A stretch of 63,863 bases of DNA from Camelus ferus (taxonomy: Eukaryota). The position numbers were made by a program, and so were the translations under genes. Positions within the stretch are counted from its first letter, which is position 1. Every line of letters starts with the position of its first letter. The DNA lies in the NCBI RefSeq assembly GCF_009834535.1, contig NC_045732.1, positions 14,508,138 to 14,572,000 on the forward strand, in the 5' to 3' direction. The notes below the pieces were generated by a model, which saw only the letters and a program-made list of their open reading frames with translations, was not told the DNA's origin and did no database searches. Below, piece by piece: positions 23,900-36,047 of the stretch.

Positions 23900-24019
23900 A
23901 CCTTGAAGAAAGAACAGCAGTGTTGTTTGGAACAAGGATGACCAAACCAAGGGGAGGAAAGAGATGACTGAAGATAAACTGGCTATTTTGCTCTTCCGGA
24001 GCAACATTCTCCTCATCGG

Positions 24020-24160
24020 TTCCTGAAGCAGGTTGAGCATCTGACTCGCTATTTACAAATACATATTTCCAGATCGCATACCAGAGATTCAGACTCTACT
24101 GACCTGAGAAGATACCTGAGAATCTCCATTTTTAGCAAGCACCTGTGTGAGTCTCCTGGC
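24020..24160. mobile_element. MER5-family fragment
   Basis: ccagagattcagactc...gaatctccatttttagcaagcac. Confidence 0.55.
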
Positions 24161-24426
24161 GCTGGCTGTTTCTGCGTCTCCTGTAGATCACTCTGGGTCT
24201 CAACCAGCTACTACCTACCCCTGCTTCTAAGCCACCATCATAAATTCATGGCCATCAATGTCAGGGTCCGGTTGCGGAGTCACCCAGCACCATTCTCAAA
24301 TCCAAGGCCATCTTTAGACTTACTGACCATGAAGACTTGAAATTACAGACCTGCATTTGTTGTTGGCCTGACTAGTATTATCCAAGACAGCTGAGGAAGT
24401 GTGAGTCTGTATTTAGAAGGATATTT

Positions 24427-24468
24427 GGGAAGGCATGTTTGTTGAGGGGGAAGGCATGTTTGTTGAGG
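24427..24468. repeat. Perfect 21-bp tandem duplication
   Basis: gggaaggcatgtttgttgagg x2. Confidence 0.95.
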
Positions 24469-27136
24469 GGAAATGCCTGTGATTCCTAGTGGGCGGTGGG
24501 CACTGGGTTGCATCCTTAGTTATCACAGTCATGCCTGCCTGTGAGGATGTCACTCCATCAGAAAACTATGCAATGCCAATGTAGGATTTTGCTCAGATTA
24601 TTTTCTCATTTAAAACCAGGGTCTTTATTGCCTGAAATAAAAAGGGAATTTCAGGCCCCGAAGTTGATCAACTGTCAGCATTTGTCTTCTCTGTCCCCTC
24701 CCGAGGCTTCAGAAGAAACATCCAGCTCTCTGCCCAGGGGCCACTTCTTTCCCTGAGTCCTCTCACAAAGGACTTTGCCTGCAGGGCAGCAGTTTGGAAA
24801 TAGCCTTCTTTTCCCTAAAAATGCCAATGTAAGGAGTATAGTGCAGGGACCAAGAGTGGGAATTCTCCAGCTACCCTGCCTACTTCCTCTAAATCCTACC
24901 TGCCTCTTACAAAATATGGGAAGTTGGGCAACTTATCCAGAGTCCCTGTGCCTCAGGTGGGCAGCTAGAAAGGGAATAATCATAATACCTGAGTCACAGA
25001 GCTGTTGACAGGAGCAGATGGGAAAATGCAAGGTGATCTAACTGACAGACAGCATTGTCAACTTGCTTTCCAAATAGTCCCTCCACCTAGAAACTTGCAA
25101 GAGCAGATGGGGGCCAATTATCCAGGCCCCTTCCCCCCTGGCCTCCTGGGTACCCAGATTTCTCTATCCTCTGCAGGAAAACTGGCACCCAAGCGGGGAC
25201 ATTTTTCTATAGCTTAGCCCATCAGATGAGGACATGATTTTTTTGCCTTTGTCTTGCTACCCTCACCATGCAGAGTCTAGAGTCCACTACAGCTTTCTTC
25301 ATTTTTGGTTCAAAAGTAGACCCTGCGAGTACTTCACTCTATCATGCCCAATCAAAATGCCTCTCAACTTCCAAAGGCCCTGCCCCTACCCGTACTCCAA
25401 CCCGGTTTCCCTTTCATCTGGTAGTCTCTGATCTAGAACCAGTGAGAATGGCCCTGCCTCCTCTGTAAGTCCCACCCCCTTTTGCAGCCGCCTTCCGAAT
25501 CTGGCCTCTGTTGCCTCGGTTTGCTCAAATAGCTTTTGCGGTATTAAGGGGAAATGGGAATAGGGCATGTGGTGGGATGGGGCGGGTGGAAACAGAAATC
25601 TTAAAAGACAAAACGAATAAGCACTGAGCTCCCAACTTCCATGTGTAACATCCGTGGGAGTAATGCGATCGCAGAATGGAGGCGGCAGTCGGCTGACTGG
25701 GAGGGTGAACGGGGTGCTCTGTGCTGGTTTGGCGGAAAAGACTGTCTTCCCCAGTAAGCAAATTATTGATTATAAACTGTTATGATTCCTTCGGAGCCAC
25801 TGTGGCCAACTGTATTATTCCATCGGCCTTAAATGTCTGCTATGTTCCCATGCCAAAACCCTTATGAAATTTCCACTGGAAAAAAAAATGAGTAGCAAAT
25901 TCGGGTCTCAGTGCTCATATATAATTTCAGATTTCATTAATGGTTATTAAATATATGCCCCGAGGAAGGATAAAGTTCCTCATATGAGTGGAAAGAGAAT
26001 TGAATTTATAAATAAGGTGACTCTGTTTTCAAGGACTATTCATTAGGCATATTCAGGACACACTTAAAAAAGAACTTTTAAATGAAAGGTGTTTAAAATC
26101 TCACAGGATAAAAATGTTGGGACAATACAGTCTGGCTGAAAAAATTCTAAAAACTCCTCTAAGTCTGAAATATTTTTCTTTGCCTGGAGTTTGAAAATGA
26201 ATTTGGGGAAAATTTTTTAAAAGTTCTAAAAATGTTTTCATATTGCGGCCAAAAGATATCCACATTTAGGAAATAGGGATGTATCTCTTGGTAGGTGGAA
26301 AACTGGATGCTAAAAAGAATGGTGAAATTTTTTCTTAATCTCCTTTTAAGAATCACAATTATAAAAAGATGAAAAGAGACTATTAATTTTGACTAAGCAA
26401 AAGCCCTTTGAAAAAGCTTTGGGCTACTAAAGCCACATAACCTGGAAAATATATTCTTAGTAGGAGTTGTCAAATGTCCAAGTAAGAAATTCAAATCCTT
26501 TTCAGATCTGTTGTAAATCTCCCTCAAAGCTGTACAAATAGTATAGTGTTAGCTTGATGTGAATAAGTAGATGGAGAACGTTTGAAAGAGATAGTGAAGT
26601 TGTCAAAAGTTTGGAAGAACTGAGCAGAGCAGTTTAGTTTTTTTTTTTTTTTTAATCTTATGAAGGCAAGTGAAATATGGGCCTGAGTGCTAAATTCCTA
26701 AGGAGAGATATTGTTGAACTCAAGACATTTTTGTACCAGGTGAGGTTTCTGACATCTATTTACATGGAATGTCTTATTAGAAAAGAAGAGACAAGATAAT
26801 TTTGTTGCCATCTGCTAGCCGGCTGCTGCTACCTGAAGCATCATTAGAGATAAAATATACAGCATGCCTTTAAGAGTAGTCAGTTCAAATTTCAGCTTTT
26901 CTTACTAAAAAACGAACTCTGTGACATTTTTAGCCTCCCTCACCAAATCTTTTATAAATAACCTTAACACAAATAAACTGTTGAAGCAATGAAGAGAGTT
27001 TTTCTATTTGCATTTTATCTCGTAAGACCCCCTGAAATGGAATTTTATCTTTTCAAACAAGTAATTCCCAGAGAGGGGCTGAGATGAATAAACTCTGCCT
27101 CTGCTCGATTGCGTATTTGTTTCCCGAATGAGATAG

Positions 27137-27307
27137 GCTGTGTGATGGAGCCGATGTGATTAGCCTGACCTGTGGGACCAGAAGGCCATTTTCTATTGAC
27201 CCTGTAATCTCCACGATCAGTCTCAGATCTAGGGAACATTTCCCTCAGAAAGTTCACATCATCGCAAATGAAAAGTCTCATTATTCAAAACCAGTAATTA
27301 TTCAGTG
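27137..27307 (+). CDS. Candidate exon 2 of the plus-strand locus
   Basis: Acceptor ...gagatag|G is phase-compatible with the 19716 ATG and reads LCDGADVISLTCGTRRPFSIDPVISTISLRSREHFPQKVHIIANEKSHYSKPVIIQ. Donors (gtaatt or gtaaaa) are weak and do not join in phase to the 28014 exon. Confidence 0.25.
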
Positions 27308-28013
27308 GTAAAATACATCAAACATAATTCCTATTTTTACTATTACCTAGGTATCCAAATTCAAAGATGTTGGCTTAATATTTGAAAATGTTGAGTTTTA
27401 CATTATCCTAAATAATTTTTTTTCTTGTAAGTTTGATTCTAAGATACATGATTTAAAAAAAAACAACAACAAAAAACCAGGCTGTTTCTCATACCCAGAG
27501 AGCAATGCCAGAGAACTTGTAGGCAAAGTTTGAGAAAGCTATCCTAAAGTGACATTTATATAAGAGGATAAGCACGGAAATGCTAGTGTGAATCTTGTTC
27601 AGCTGGTTATAAAGTGGTTGACGTTTGTTTGCGGATTGAAGATTTAAATAGAAATGCTTTGGAACAAGAAGCAAAAAGCAACGCAAATCCAAATATGTCC
27701 TCTATTAAGCTACAGAGCAGTAAAAGGGATTCAAAGAGAAGATTGTAGAAAACAAAAATCGACTTCCCTCCCTGAAACAGTACTAAAAAGTAGAAAAAAA
27801 TGCAACATATTAAATCATTTCTATTGTCCAGTGTACAGATTTTTTTTAAAGAGTTGCTGATGGGAGATAGTAACTAACCGGGCAACGAGCAGGGAAGAAT
27901 GAATTTTTAAAACCCACAAACTAAACGTCAAACGATACTTTCATGGAGCAAGAGGAGTTCCCTGTCATTTCAGAGGGAGCAGGAGAAAAAGAACAGATTT
28001 ATCTGTTTCTTAG

Positions 28014-28206
28014 CAAAGACATTTGGAAAAAGAGCCTGGCGAAACCAGAATCTCACCAACCCCCAAGCCAGGGGTCCTTATCGACAGCATAAAAGCTCAG
28101 GTGGCAGCTATAGAATTTCAGATGAACTAATAAATATGGAGCGAGCCAGCCGAGTTCAGCGGGAGAGAATGCCAGCAATTTACCAGCGGATGCTTAGGAG
28201 CACGTC
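28014..28206 (+). CDS. Candidate internal coding exon, unnamed protein
   Basis: Acceptor atctgtttcttag|C, donor GTC|gtgagt, CpG-retaining. Only one frame is fully open: KTFGKRAWRNQNLTNPQARGPYRQHKSSGGSYRISDELINMERASRVQRERMPAIYQRMLRST(S), phase 1 to 2. Confidence 0.55.
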
Positions 28207-28526
28207 GTGAGTACATCTCGTTATAATTTTCAGAGAAATGAAGTTTCAGAAATTTTGGAATGGCAGAGGTGACCCACTGAAGTAAAGAAGGTCAAGGACA
28301 AACTTGGGGTGGGACAGCTGGTGAAAAGGGAACAGGGTTTGTTTTTCTTCTCTGTTGCTAAATACTTTCCCATGTTCGCATGCCCACATACCCAAACTTA
28401 CTACGAGGAAGCAGAAAAAGGAGGTGTACTTTGTAAATAGTTTCTAATGGATAGAATTCCACTCTGTGATGTCAGTCTGTCACTAATTTTCTTGGTGACA
28501 TGACACCACCTTAAGAAATGAACAAG

Positions 28527-28626
28527 GGGGGAGGGGTATAGCTCAGTGGTAGAGCGTGGGCTTAGCATGTACGAGGTCATGGGTTGAATCCCCAGCACCT
28601 CCGTTAAAAAAAAAACTTGAAAAATA
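28527..28626 (+). mobile_element. Vic-1-type SINE with a 14-bp TSD
   Basis: tRNA-Ala-like head and A tail. TSD aagaaatgaacaag at 28513-28526 and 28627-28640. Confidence 0.92.
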
Positions 28627-28679
28627 AAGAAATGAACAAGATACCAAGGAGATAACCTTTTCTCTATTTATGTACACAT

Positions 28680-28890
28680 GCACAAATACAGTATCATACA
28701 GATACACATTACTATATATGAAATAGATAACAAGGACCTACTATATAGCACAGGGAACTATATTTAATTTCTTGTAATGAGCTGTAATGGAAAAGAATCT
28801 GAAAAAAATACATATGTATATGTATAACTAAATCACTTTGCTGTACTCCTGAAACTAACATTGTAAATCAACTACACTTCAATAAAAAGT
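28680..28890 (+). mobile_element. Cetartiodactyl L1 3' stub
   Basis: caaggacctactatatagcacagggaactat...aaatcaactacacttcaataaaa. Confidence 0.85.
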
Positions 28891-29845
28891 AAGAATTTTT
28901 TAAAAAGCATACAGCAAACAGCCATTTACAACACAGAAAATTTCTATAGTGTGTATAAATTAAGCTACTTTGGAAGGAAAAAAAATCCCATGCTATTTAT
29001 TTATGCAAGTGTTTTCAAACAAGTTTTTCAGATTATCTGATGATAAGTGTAATGTAATCATTTACGAGCGAGCTGTGAAATAAAAAATCAGGACATTGCA
29101 TGTGTAGAGCAAAACAGAGAAATTTCACGAGGAGCTTTTAATTCTGGGAGGAACATTTTGGATAGAGTATTAAGATTGATTGTATCTAATTAAAATGCTA
29201 AATCATCTAGTGAACAAAGGCAGACAAGTGAAAACACTAGGGTCTGCAGACTTACAGCGAGGGCCTTTGGGAGCCCCCGGTCCAACTCCCTCCCTTCGCA
29301 GACGAGGAGCCTACGATCCCGGACATTCCTAGCACGTGAAATCACACACACAAGCTCGGGTCAAGGCTCTGTGTCCAGTCATTTATGGAGACATCAGAAG
29401 GGGGAGATATACACACACTCGAACACATAGAGAAAGAAAGGATGTGAAAACAATGTAGCGTGCGGTTGTGGGAATGTGTCCTCCCCCAGGAAGAAAACAC
29501 ACACACTTTGAAGGGAAAAGGAATTCATCAAGTGTCGAGTCCAGCCTTCCTGTTACTTGCTGAAAGGATGGGTGGCAGATACGGACTCTCAGATGAAGTC
29601 AAAAGGGCGAGGAGGCCCAATTTACTTGGAAAGGATGCCTCCAACTTCCCAGGGGACTGGATCCAAATCGCACTGTCACCTTACCTCTCTGGTGTCCTCC
29701 GCAATTGGAGGCCTCCCATCTTGTTTAAAAACTACTTTCTCCCTGAAGCTCCCTAGCTGAAAATCATCTCTTTGCCACAGATACCTGGAGCCTTCAGTCT
29801 CATTCATAAAATTTTCACTGCCTTCTGCGTGTACCCAGAGACCCT

Positions 29846-30035
29846 AGCGTGGTGACCCTGAAACGTGAGCATGAGTCAGCTTCACCTGGAGGGCTTGCCA
29901 AGATGGACTGCTAGGTTCTACCTCGAGTTCTCAACTCAGCAAGTCTGGGTAGGGCCTGGGAACCTGCATTTCTAACAAATGTCCAGTGCTGCTGAGGCTG
30001 CTGGTACCCAGATCACACCTGGGGTTAGTGCGCTG
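29846..30035. mobile_element. MER5A-like MITE
   Basis: gagtcagcttcacctggagggcttg...ctgcatttctaacaa...gctgctgg...cacacct. Confidence 0.65.
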
Positions 30036-31955
30036 CATGAGCACAACTTAGTTTGGTTGAAAATGGATTACTAAACTGATGGATGAAAATGATGCTCTTT
30101 TATTGAACCACAGTAAGTACGGTGTAGGCATCTATCACCTGCAGATGAAAGCAGTGACAAAGCCTGAGGTTTCTAGCAGTACCATTGGGAAAATATTGAC
30201 AAAAGTTAAAATTTTTTCCAAAAAGGGGTTTAAATGATCTCCGTATGCAAGAACAATGGGATGGAACTTGAAAAAAAAAGTTGTCTCAGTCATAAAAGCT
30301 AAAAGCGTAATTCCTGTAATTGTTGAGGCTGATGCATGCGGTCACAAAAAGTGTGGGGGAGTTTTTGTAAGTCATTTTGGGGTTAAATTAAGTATTTCTG
30401 AAACCACCTCATTAGAAAAGAACTTTGTAATGATTGAAATGTTACATTCGAATTCTTTCTTTTTAAAGAAAAGTTTCACGGAGTTTAACCTGGATATTCT
30501 TATACTGAATTTTACTTTTCAGCAGAAAATGGAACTCTATCAAAATGAAGAAATAAATGTTCTGCTCAAGCCTGCTCTTCAGAACAATGTGATTATTGAT
30601 AAATCAGCTTTTCTATTTTGGCTAATTTATTATGTATCAGAAAGAAAAGTAAGAATTTATATATAGATTTGAGGGCAACTCAAAAAGTTATGCATCCTGG
30701 TAATGCTTTTAAACCGTATTAATGTACATCAATTGCTCTCATAATTCACTTTATATCTTACATTAAAGACCAGTTTATCAAGTCAAGATACAAGGCTTCT
30801 TTGTTCTAAATTGATTTATTTATTCTCTTAACTCTCATCTGAATCTACAGGCCACTGACAGAATTTTGCTAGGTCTCCAAATGGCTCTACGTCTACTTGA
30901 AAACAATCTTTAACAGTACTTTTTCCTATGTTACTCTCCTCCAAATGGAATTAAAATAGATTTAACATTTTGTTTCTCAAGCTTTAAGAAAAGCTGCAAA
31001 AATTTAAAGAATGCAAATCACAAATTACATCTATACAACAAGCAGATGAAGTGAACCATTTAAAATCTGTACACAGTTAATTAATTTTGCACTGGCAGGC
31101 AAGTGATTACAGATGTTCCCCACACATAACCTTTCCCATTTTGCATCTTCCCTCCTGTAAAGCACTCGTTTCTTTCTCAGAAGCTCCCAGATAGTCAATA
31201 CTCCATTTTCAAGGGATGTGGACAACAGAAATGTACATTATTCTAATTGTGCATTGAAGAAGGTGGCTGAAATCATGCAATTTCTCTAGTAATTTCACCG
31301 TGGCGGTAGGTGACAAGACGTCCCCACGGAGTGAGCCTCTGAAACATTCCACCTAAGCGCTCTTGCTCCATTTTGCGCTGCAGTTGAATACTGGGGGGAG
31401 ACTGAGTGGGGACCCTCAACCCGCATGTGGTGCTTCTAGGATGTGGGGAAGGGGCTTTACTGATTTTCAGAACCTTCTCTTGCAGTGTGAAGGGACTGAA
31501 AACACAGACACGTCAAATCTGATTTCTGAGGCGACATGGGATAAGGAAGGCTTCTGGTTAATTACACCCACTGGCAAGACAACCTGAGTCACTGTCTTCC
31601 CCTCTGTGAAGCCACCTTCCTTTATCTGCTGCCCTGGGAGCGCCTGTGCGGTCTACCTGCTCCAGAGAGTGCCTTCACCTTGCTTTCCACTGCCCTGCCC
31701 CGTCACCAGTTTCTCCTTAGTCACCTTTGTCACGGACTTCACGGTGTTGCCCGCTTGATGCATGACTCTCTGCACTCATTTCAGTTGCACAAGTTTCTGT
31801 TTTGAACTCCCCTCTTCAGGGCCACCGCCGCATTCAGTCCTCTAGCAAAAGAAGTGTCCAGGGGATTGGTAAAGTGCAACTTAAAGACAGATATAAAAAC
31901 TATTCTAGGCAAGTGAACTCAGCTGCCAGATATATTAGGCAAGAGGAGGCCCAAT

Positions 31956-32600
31956 GGCAGTGTTGGTGGGAATATCAATTGGTGCAGCCACTAAAAAACT
32001 TATTAGAGTTACCATATGATCCAGCAGTCCCACATGCACCCCAACGTTCATAGCAGCACTATTTACAGTAGCCAAGATATAGAAGTAACCTAAATGCCAT
32101 CAACGGAAGAATGGATAAAAAAGATTTNNNNNNNNNNNNNNNNNNNNNNNNNNNNNNNNNNNNNNNNNNNNNNNNNNNNNNNNNNNNNNNNNNNNNNNNN
32201 NNNNNNNNNNNNNNNNNNNNNNNNNNNNNNNNNNNNNNNNNNNNNNNNNNNNNNNNNNNNNNNNNNNNNNNNNNNNNNNNNNNNNNNNNNNNNNNNNNNN
32301 NNNNNNATTTACAAAACAGAAAGAGATTCAGAGACATAGAAAACAAATTTATGGTGTCAAAGGGGAAAGTAGGGGGTAGGGAGGGATAAATTAGGAATTT
32401 GGGATTAACAGATATACACTACTATATAAAATACATAAACAACAAGGACCTACTGTATAGCACAGGGAATTATATTCAATATCTTGTAATAACCTGTAGT
32501 GAAAAAGAATCTGGAAAAGAATATATATGTATATGTAACTGAATCACTTTGCTGCATACCCAAAACATTGTAAATCAATGATAGTTTAACTAAAAAAAAA
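31956..32600 (+). mobile_element. Cetartiodactyl L1 3' fragment spanning an N gap
   Basis: ORF2-end and 3' UTR motifs plus an A tail. TSD core aggcccaat at 31947-31955 and 32604-32612. Confidence 0.9.
32128..32306. other. Assembly gap (179 N)
   Basis: N-run seen directly. Confidence 0.95.
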
Positions 32601-33670
32601 AGTAGGCCCAATTGGAATCTGGGCTGGACTTGACAGCTGACCCCCAAGGACACTGGTCCCCTCTAACGTGCTACCTCATGGTGTTGCTGTGCTGGCTCTG
32701 ACGGTCCTACCCTTCCAGAATGCACAACCTCGCCAGCACAGGATGCACACCATTCTGGGAGGCACTTTTCCAAACCAATCTGTTTTCCGAGTTGAACCCT
32801 TTACATCAAGTCAACCACCAACCACACCCATGACATCATGATCAAGGCTCAGCACATGACAGGGATGTGAGTCCTGGAGAGTCAAGTGCAGGGGAAGGCT
32901 CATTCGGAGAAACAAAAGCACATGCTTTCATTAATCTACAGTGGCACCATCTCCACCATGGTCACTGTTAACACTGCTCACCCTTCTCTTTTCATCCTTT
33001 TACTGGCTTACCTAGTTAAGTCCCCTTCTCCCTAAAGATATGAGAAGAATATAATATTTACATTCTCCATTCTGAAACTGTAAAATGACTTTTATTTTCT
33101 TGGGTACACCTCAGGTAGACAAGACAACTGAAAAATTTACATTACCTTTTTAGACTATCCCTATAAACATCTCACGGGCTTTTGCGACTGTATTACTTGG
33201 GAGGGGGAACGGTAATATAAAGTTGTCTTCGTCTTGTCAAAAAACAAAACAAAAACAAAAAAGAAAACTGGACTCATCTGGAAAAAAACCAGGCTGTCCT
33301 AAGCTTCTGTTCATCCCTGGGAAAAGTCCAGAATTGTCTGCTCTTTCAGCATGAGACTCTAAAGACTACTCACATCAATCACTACTTCCTGCCTTGAAAC
33401 TAACAGTCCAAGCTTCATCATCACTTTTATTTTCTATTAATGACTATATAAGGACCTGAGAACGGCAGGAAGTTATCTTACCACATGGCTGGCATCCACC
33501 ATCAGCTCTTGCTCACACAACTAACAGTAAGGAAATCCTTACTGTTACCAAAGTCCTTTCACCAAAGGTAGACTAGGACATTTAAGTAAACTGTTACAAG
33601 AGCCTAATTATGTGGAACCTGCATTCCATTCTTGTTCTTTTGTTTCTTTTTGTCTCCCTCCCTCTGGGGT

Positions 33671-33695
33671 GCATGCATGCATGCATGCATACACA

Positions 33696-33740
<45 letters not shown>
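33671..33740. repeat. Compound microsatellite (GCAT)5(AC)~25
   Basis: Seen directly; one interruption in the AC run. Confidence 0.95.
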
Positions 33741-33742
<2 letters not shown>

Positions 33743-34217
33743 TTGAATCTCCTATAGGTGAAGAAGATGCTGCTTTTCTTAACTGGTAAAGACCTATTTA
33801 TTTAATCAGCGATAATGTGCTCTACCAGGCACCTCCAGGGTCGTCTTCTTTAACCAAGGACACTGAAGTGCTGGCCACTCTCGGGACAGAGTTTAGTATA
33901 AAATAGGACTCAGGTGGTTGAAAAAGGGCCAAGGAACTCTGTGAGGTTGTGTGTCTGGGATCCTCCACATGCACCTCAGATGTTTCTGTCATGAGGTCTC
34001 AATGGGGAACACTAGTTGGCTGCCTCTTTGGTTACAGGATAATTACAATAGAAAATAAGCATAATTCTGGGCCTGGCTTTCAGATAATCCCAACTTACAA
34101 CATTTGGAATAAAGTCTTTTTAATTTTTAGCAATCTATGAGGGAAAGATTGGCTCTGATCCTTCACCTTTCCCTGGATCCCGGCCCTTGGCCATAGTACA
34201 CTGTAGGGAGGGTAGAC

Positions 34218-34290
34218 CTTATTTTTTTTTTTTTTTTTTTTGACATTGGTCTTTCTGTTGTTGTTGTTGTTGAAGTGTAGTCAGCTTACA
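34218..34290 (-). mobile_element. Very short L1 3' tail remnant with (GTT)n
   Basis: Poly-T plus ttgaagtgtagtcagcttacaatg. Confidence 0.6.
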
Positions 34291-34294
34291 ATGT

Positions 34295-34631
34295 CATGTT
34301 TCTCTGCCTCTTGACTGGGTCACATGACCTGTTTTGGCCCATGGAATGAGGTGGAAGGGACTGTGTGCCAGTCCTAAGCCCAGGATTCAAGAGGCCTTGC
34401 GTGTTTCCACTTGTTCTCTTGCAACTGTGACTGCCAGGAGAATATGTCTGGGCTTGGCTGCTGGTCCCAAAAGAGGAATGAGAGTTGCTTGCGGCAGAGC
34501 TCTCCCCAAGCCAAGAGCAGATAATCCACCACTCAGCTCATCAGCAGACATGGGAGACATAATAAATCATAACTGCCCTAAGCCAGTACATGTGGGGGTG
34601 GTTTGTTACATGGTATGAACTAACTGATACA
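34295..34631 (+). mobile_element. MaLR LTR, MLT1J/I-like
   Basis: gggtcacatgacctgttttggcccatggaatg...aataaatcat...ggtttgttaca...aactgataca. Confidence 0.7.
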
Positions 34632-34779
34632 TTATCAAATCACTATCAGGCAGGTTTGGTTCACAGCACTAATTGGTAGTGGTCCACTTGATTAACTTAT
34701 TTTTAAATGTGATATAACAATACAATAATGCCACTCAATATAATCTTAAGAGAATCCTAAAAGAAACAGATTGGCTTTT

Positions 34780-34945
34780 GAGTCGGACGGCTCTATACTC
34801 ATTCAGAGGGAAAGTTTTCTTTCAGAGCCTCAGTTTGTGCATCTGTAAAGGAAGAACTATCATCCTTACCGTGAATAGTAGGAGTGGGTAAAGTATGTAA
34901 TTTCCCCAGCATACGGTAGAACAATCAATGCTAGCTATTATTTTC
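34780..34945 (+). mobile_element. MIR fragment
   Basis: gagcctcagtttgtgcatctgtaaa...caatcaatgctagctattatt. Confidence 0.65.
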
Positions 34946-35082
34946 ACTCAGTACAATGTGCAAGAGAAAGTCTATTTATACTTGAGTCATTATTTGTAGC
35001 CCATGAGCTTTTCCTTCTTTTAATTTTTTGCTGCATGTCTTCTGGTTTCACTTACAGAACTCCTCTCTTTTCCTTGCCTTAG

Positions 35083-35158
35083 GTCTTTGGAAAAATTCAA
35101 GTATAAAATCTGCCATTCTCTTTGCCCAGTGCCCAAAAGGGATGATTTATCAAAAGTG
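35083..35158 (+). CDS. Candidate internal coding exon (76 nt)
   Basis: Strong acceptor cctctcttttccttgccttag|G and consensus donor GTG|gtaagt. Phase 2 to 0, continuing the 28014-28206 frame: SLEKFKYKICHSLCPVPKRDDLSKV. Confidence 0.6.
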
Positions 35159-35467
35159 GTAAGTCCCACAGAGCTATTTATATTGCTCTGGACACAAGTT
35201 TCATGTTATAGACAAATTTTCAAATGTTAAATTCTTTTGAAAGAAAATCAAGCATAGCAGATCATTAACTGTCCTCCTTAAAAAGTGAATGTTCTTTTCT
35301 CTCCCCTATCTTCCATCAACTCCTTCAAACAAGTACTGGATATAATTGAGATGGTTTCTAATTAAACCCATGACCAACTTGGTATAAAGCCAGGACAACA
35401 AGAAAATGCTTTCCCTTGTAGCTACAGAAATAATCTTAGTTGGCAAAGGACTGTCAGATGATTTGGC

Positions 35468-35675
35468 CAGGAGTGAGCCACCTTCTTCTGAAAAGGGCCA
35501 GAGAGTACATATCTTCAGCTTTGTGGGCCGTATGGTCCCTGCCGCAACCATTCAACCCCAGCACTGCAGCACGAAGGCAGCCCTAGACAACGGGTAAACA
35601 AGTCAGCACGGCCACGTTCTAATAAAACTGAGTACACAGCAGCAGGTGCGCCATCGGCTGCTGGCAGCTACTAGC
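35468..35675 (+). mobile_element. MER58A hAT MITE (degenerate)
   Basis: aaagggccagagagtacatatcttcagctttgtgggccgtatggtc...aataaaact. Confidence 0.75.
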
Positions 35676-35912
35676 AATGATAAACTCTAAGACAAAAGTC
35701 ATGATGCCATTCATGCAAAATTAGCCACATTGAAGTTCAAAAGTATTCTTTAATATGCTATCCACACTGTATGTAAATATCTCTTGGGCTTGCTTTTAAA
35801 TATTATAATTTTTTTAAGGTCCTGTGTAGGACAGTCATACAGTTGGGTTTTATTCACTGTATCTATCCTCATGGTCCAAAGTTCTCCAACATTTGCAGGA
35901 CAGAATTTTTTA

Positions 35913-36047
35913 AAAATTTCATCTGTAAATACTTTAGTATGATTCTCTTTCTTATATAACTATAAGGTCATCATCACAGGCCTCAAAATCAATAAGCATT
36001 CTTTTATATTGTCAAATTTTCAATCAATGTCAGCATTTTCATGATCG
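35913..36047 (-). mobile_element. L1MC-like 3' fragment between 16-bp direct repeats
   Basis: The reverse strand resembles the recalled L1MC4-type 3' UTR. aggacagaatttttta at 35897-35912 and 36048-36063. Confidence 0.5.

Noticed and set aside
28527-28605. tRNA-Ala(AGC)-like gene
   Set aside because: It has an A tail and a 14-bp TSD and recurs four more times, so it is a SINE rather than a tRNA gene.
30081-30168. Possible C/D-box snoRNA (ggatga...ctga)
   Set aside because: Imperfect C box, no terminal stem and no recognisable guide.
30256-30666. 136-aa plus-strand ORF
   Set aside because: No recognisable domain, splice context or promoter; composition looks like AT-rich non-coding DNA. A degraded DNA-transposon origin is possible but I cannot support it.
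35083-35158. Resemblance of SLEKFKY...SL...PKRD to my memory of TEX56/C6orf201 (DUF4523)
   Set aside because: A short, memory-based match. I saw neither the expected C-terminal domain exons nor the neighbouring FAM217A/ECI2 coding sequence. It needs a BLAST search, so no symbol is assigned.
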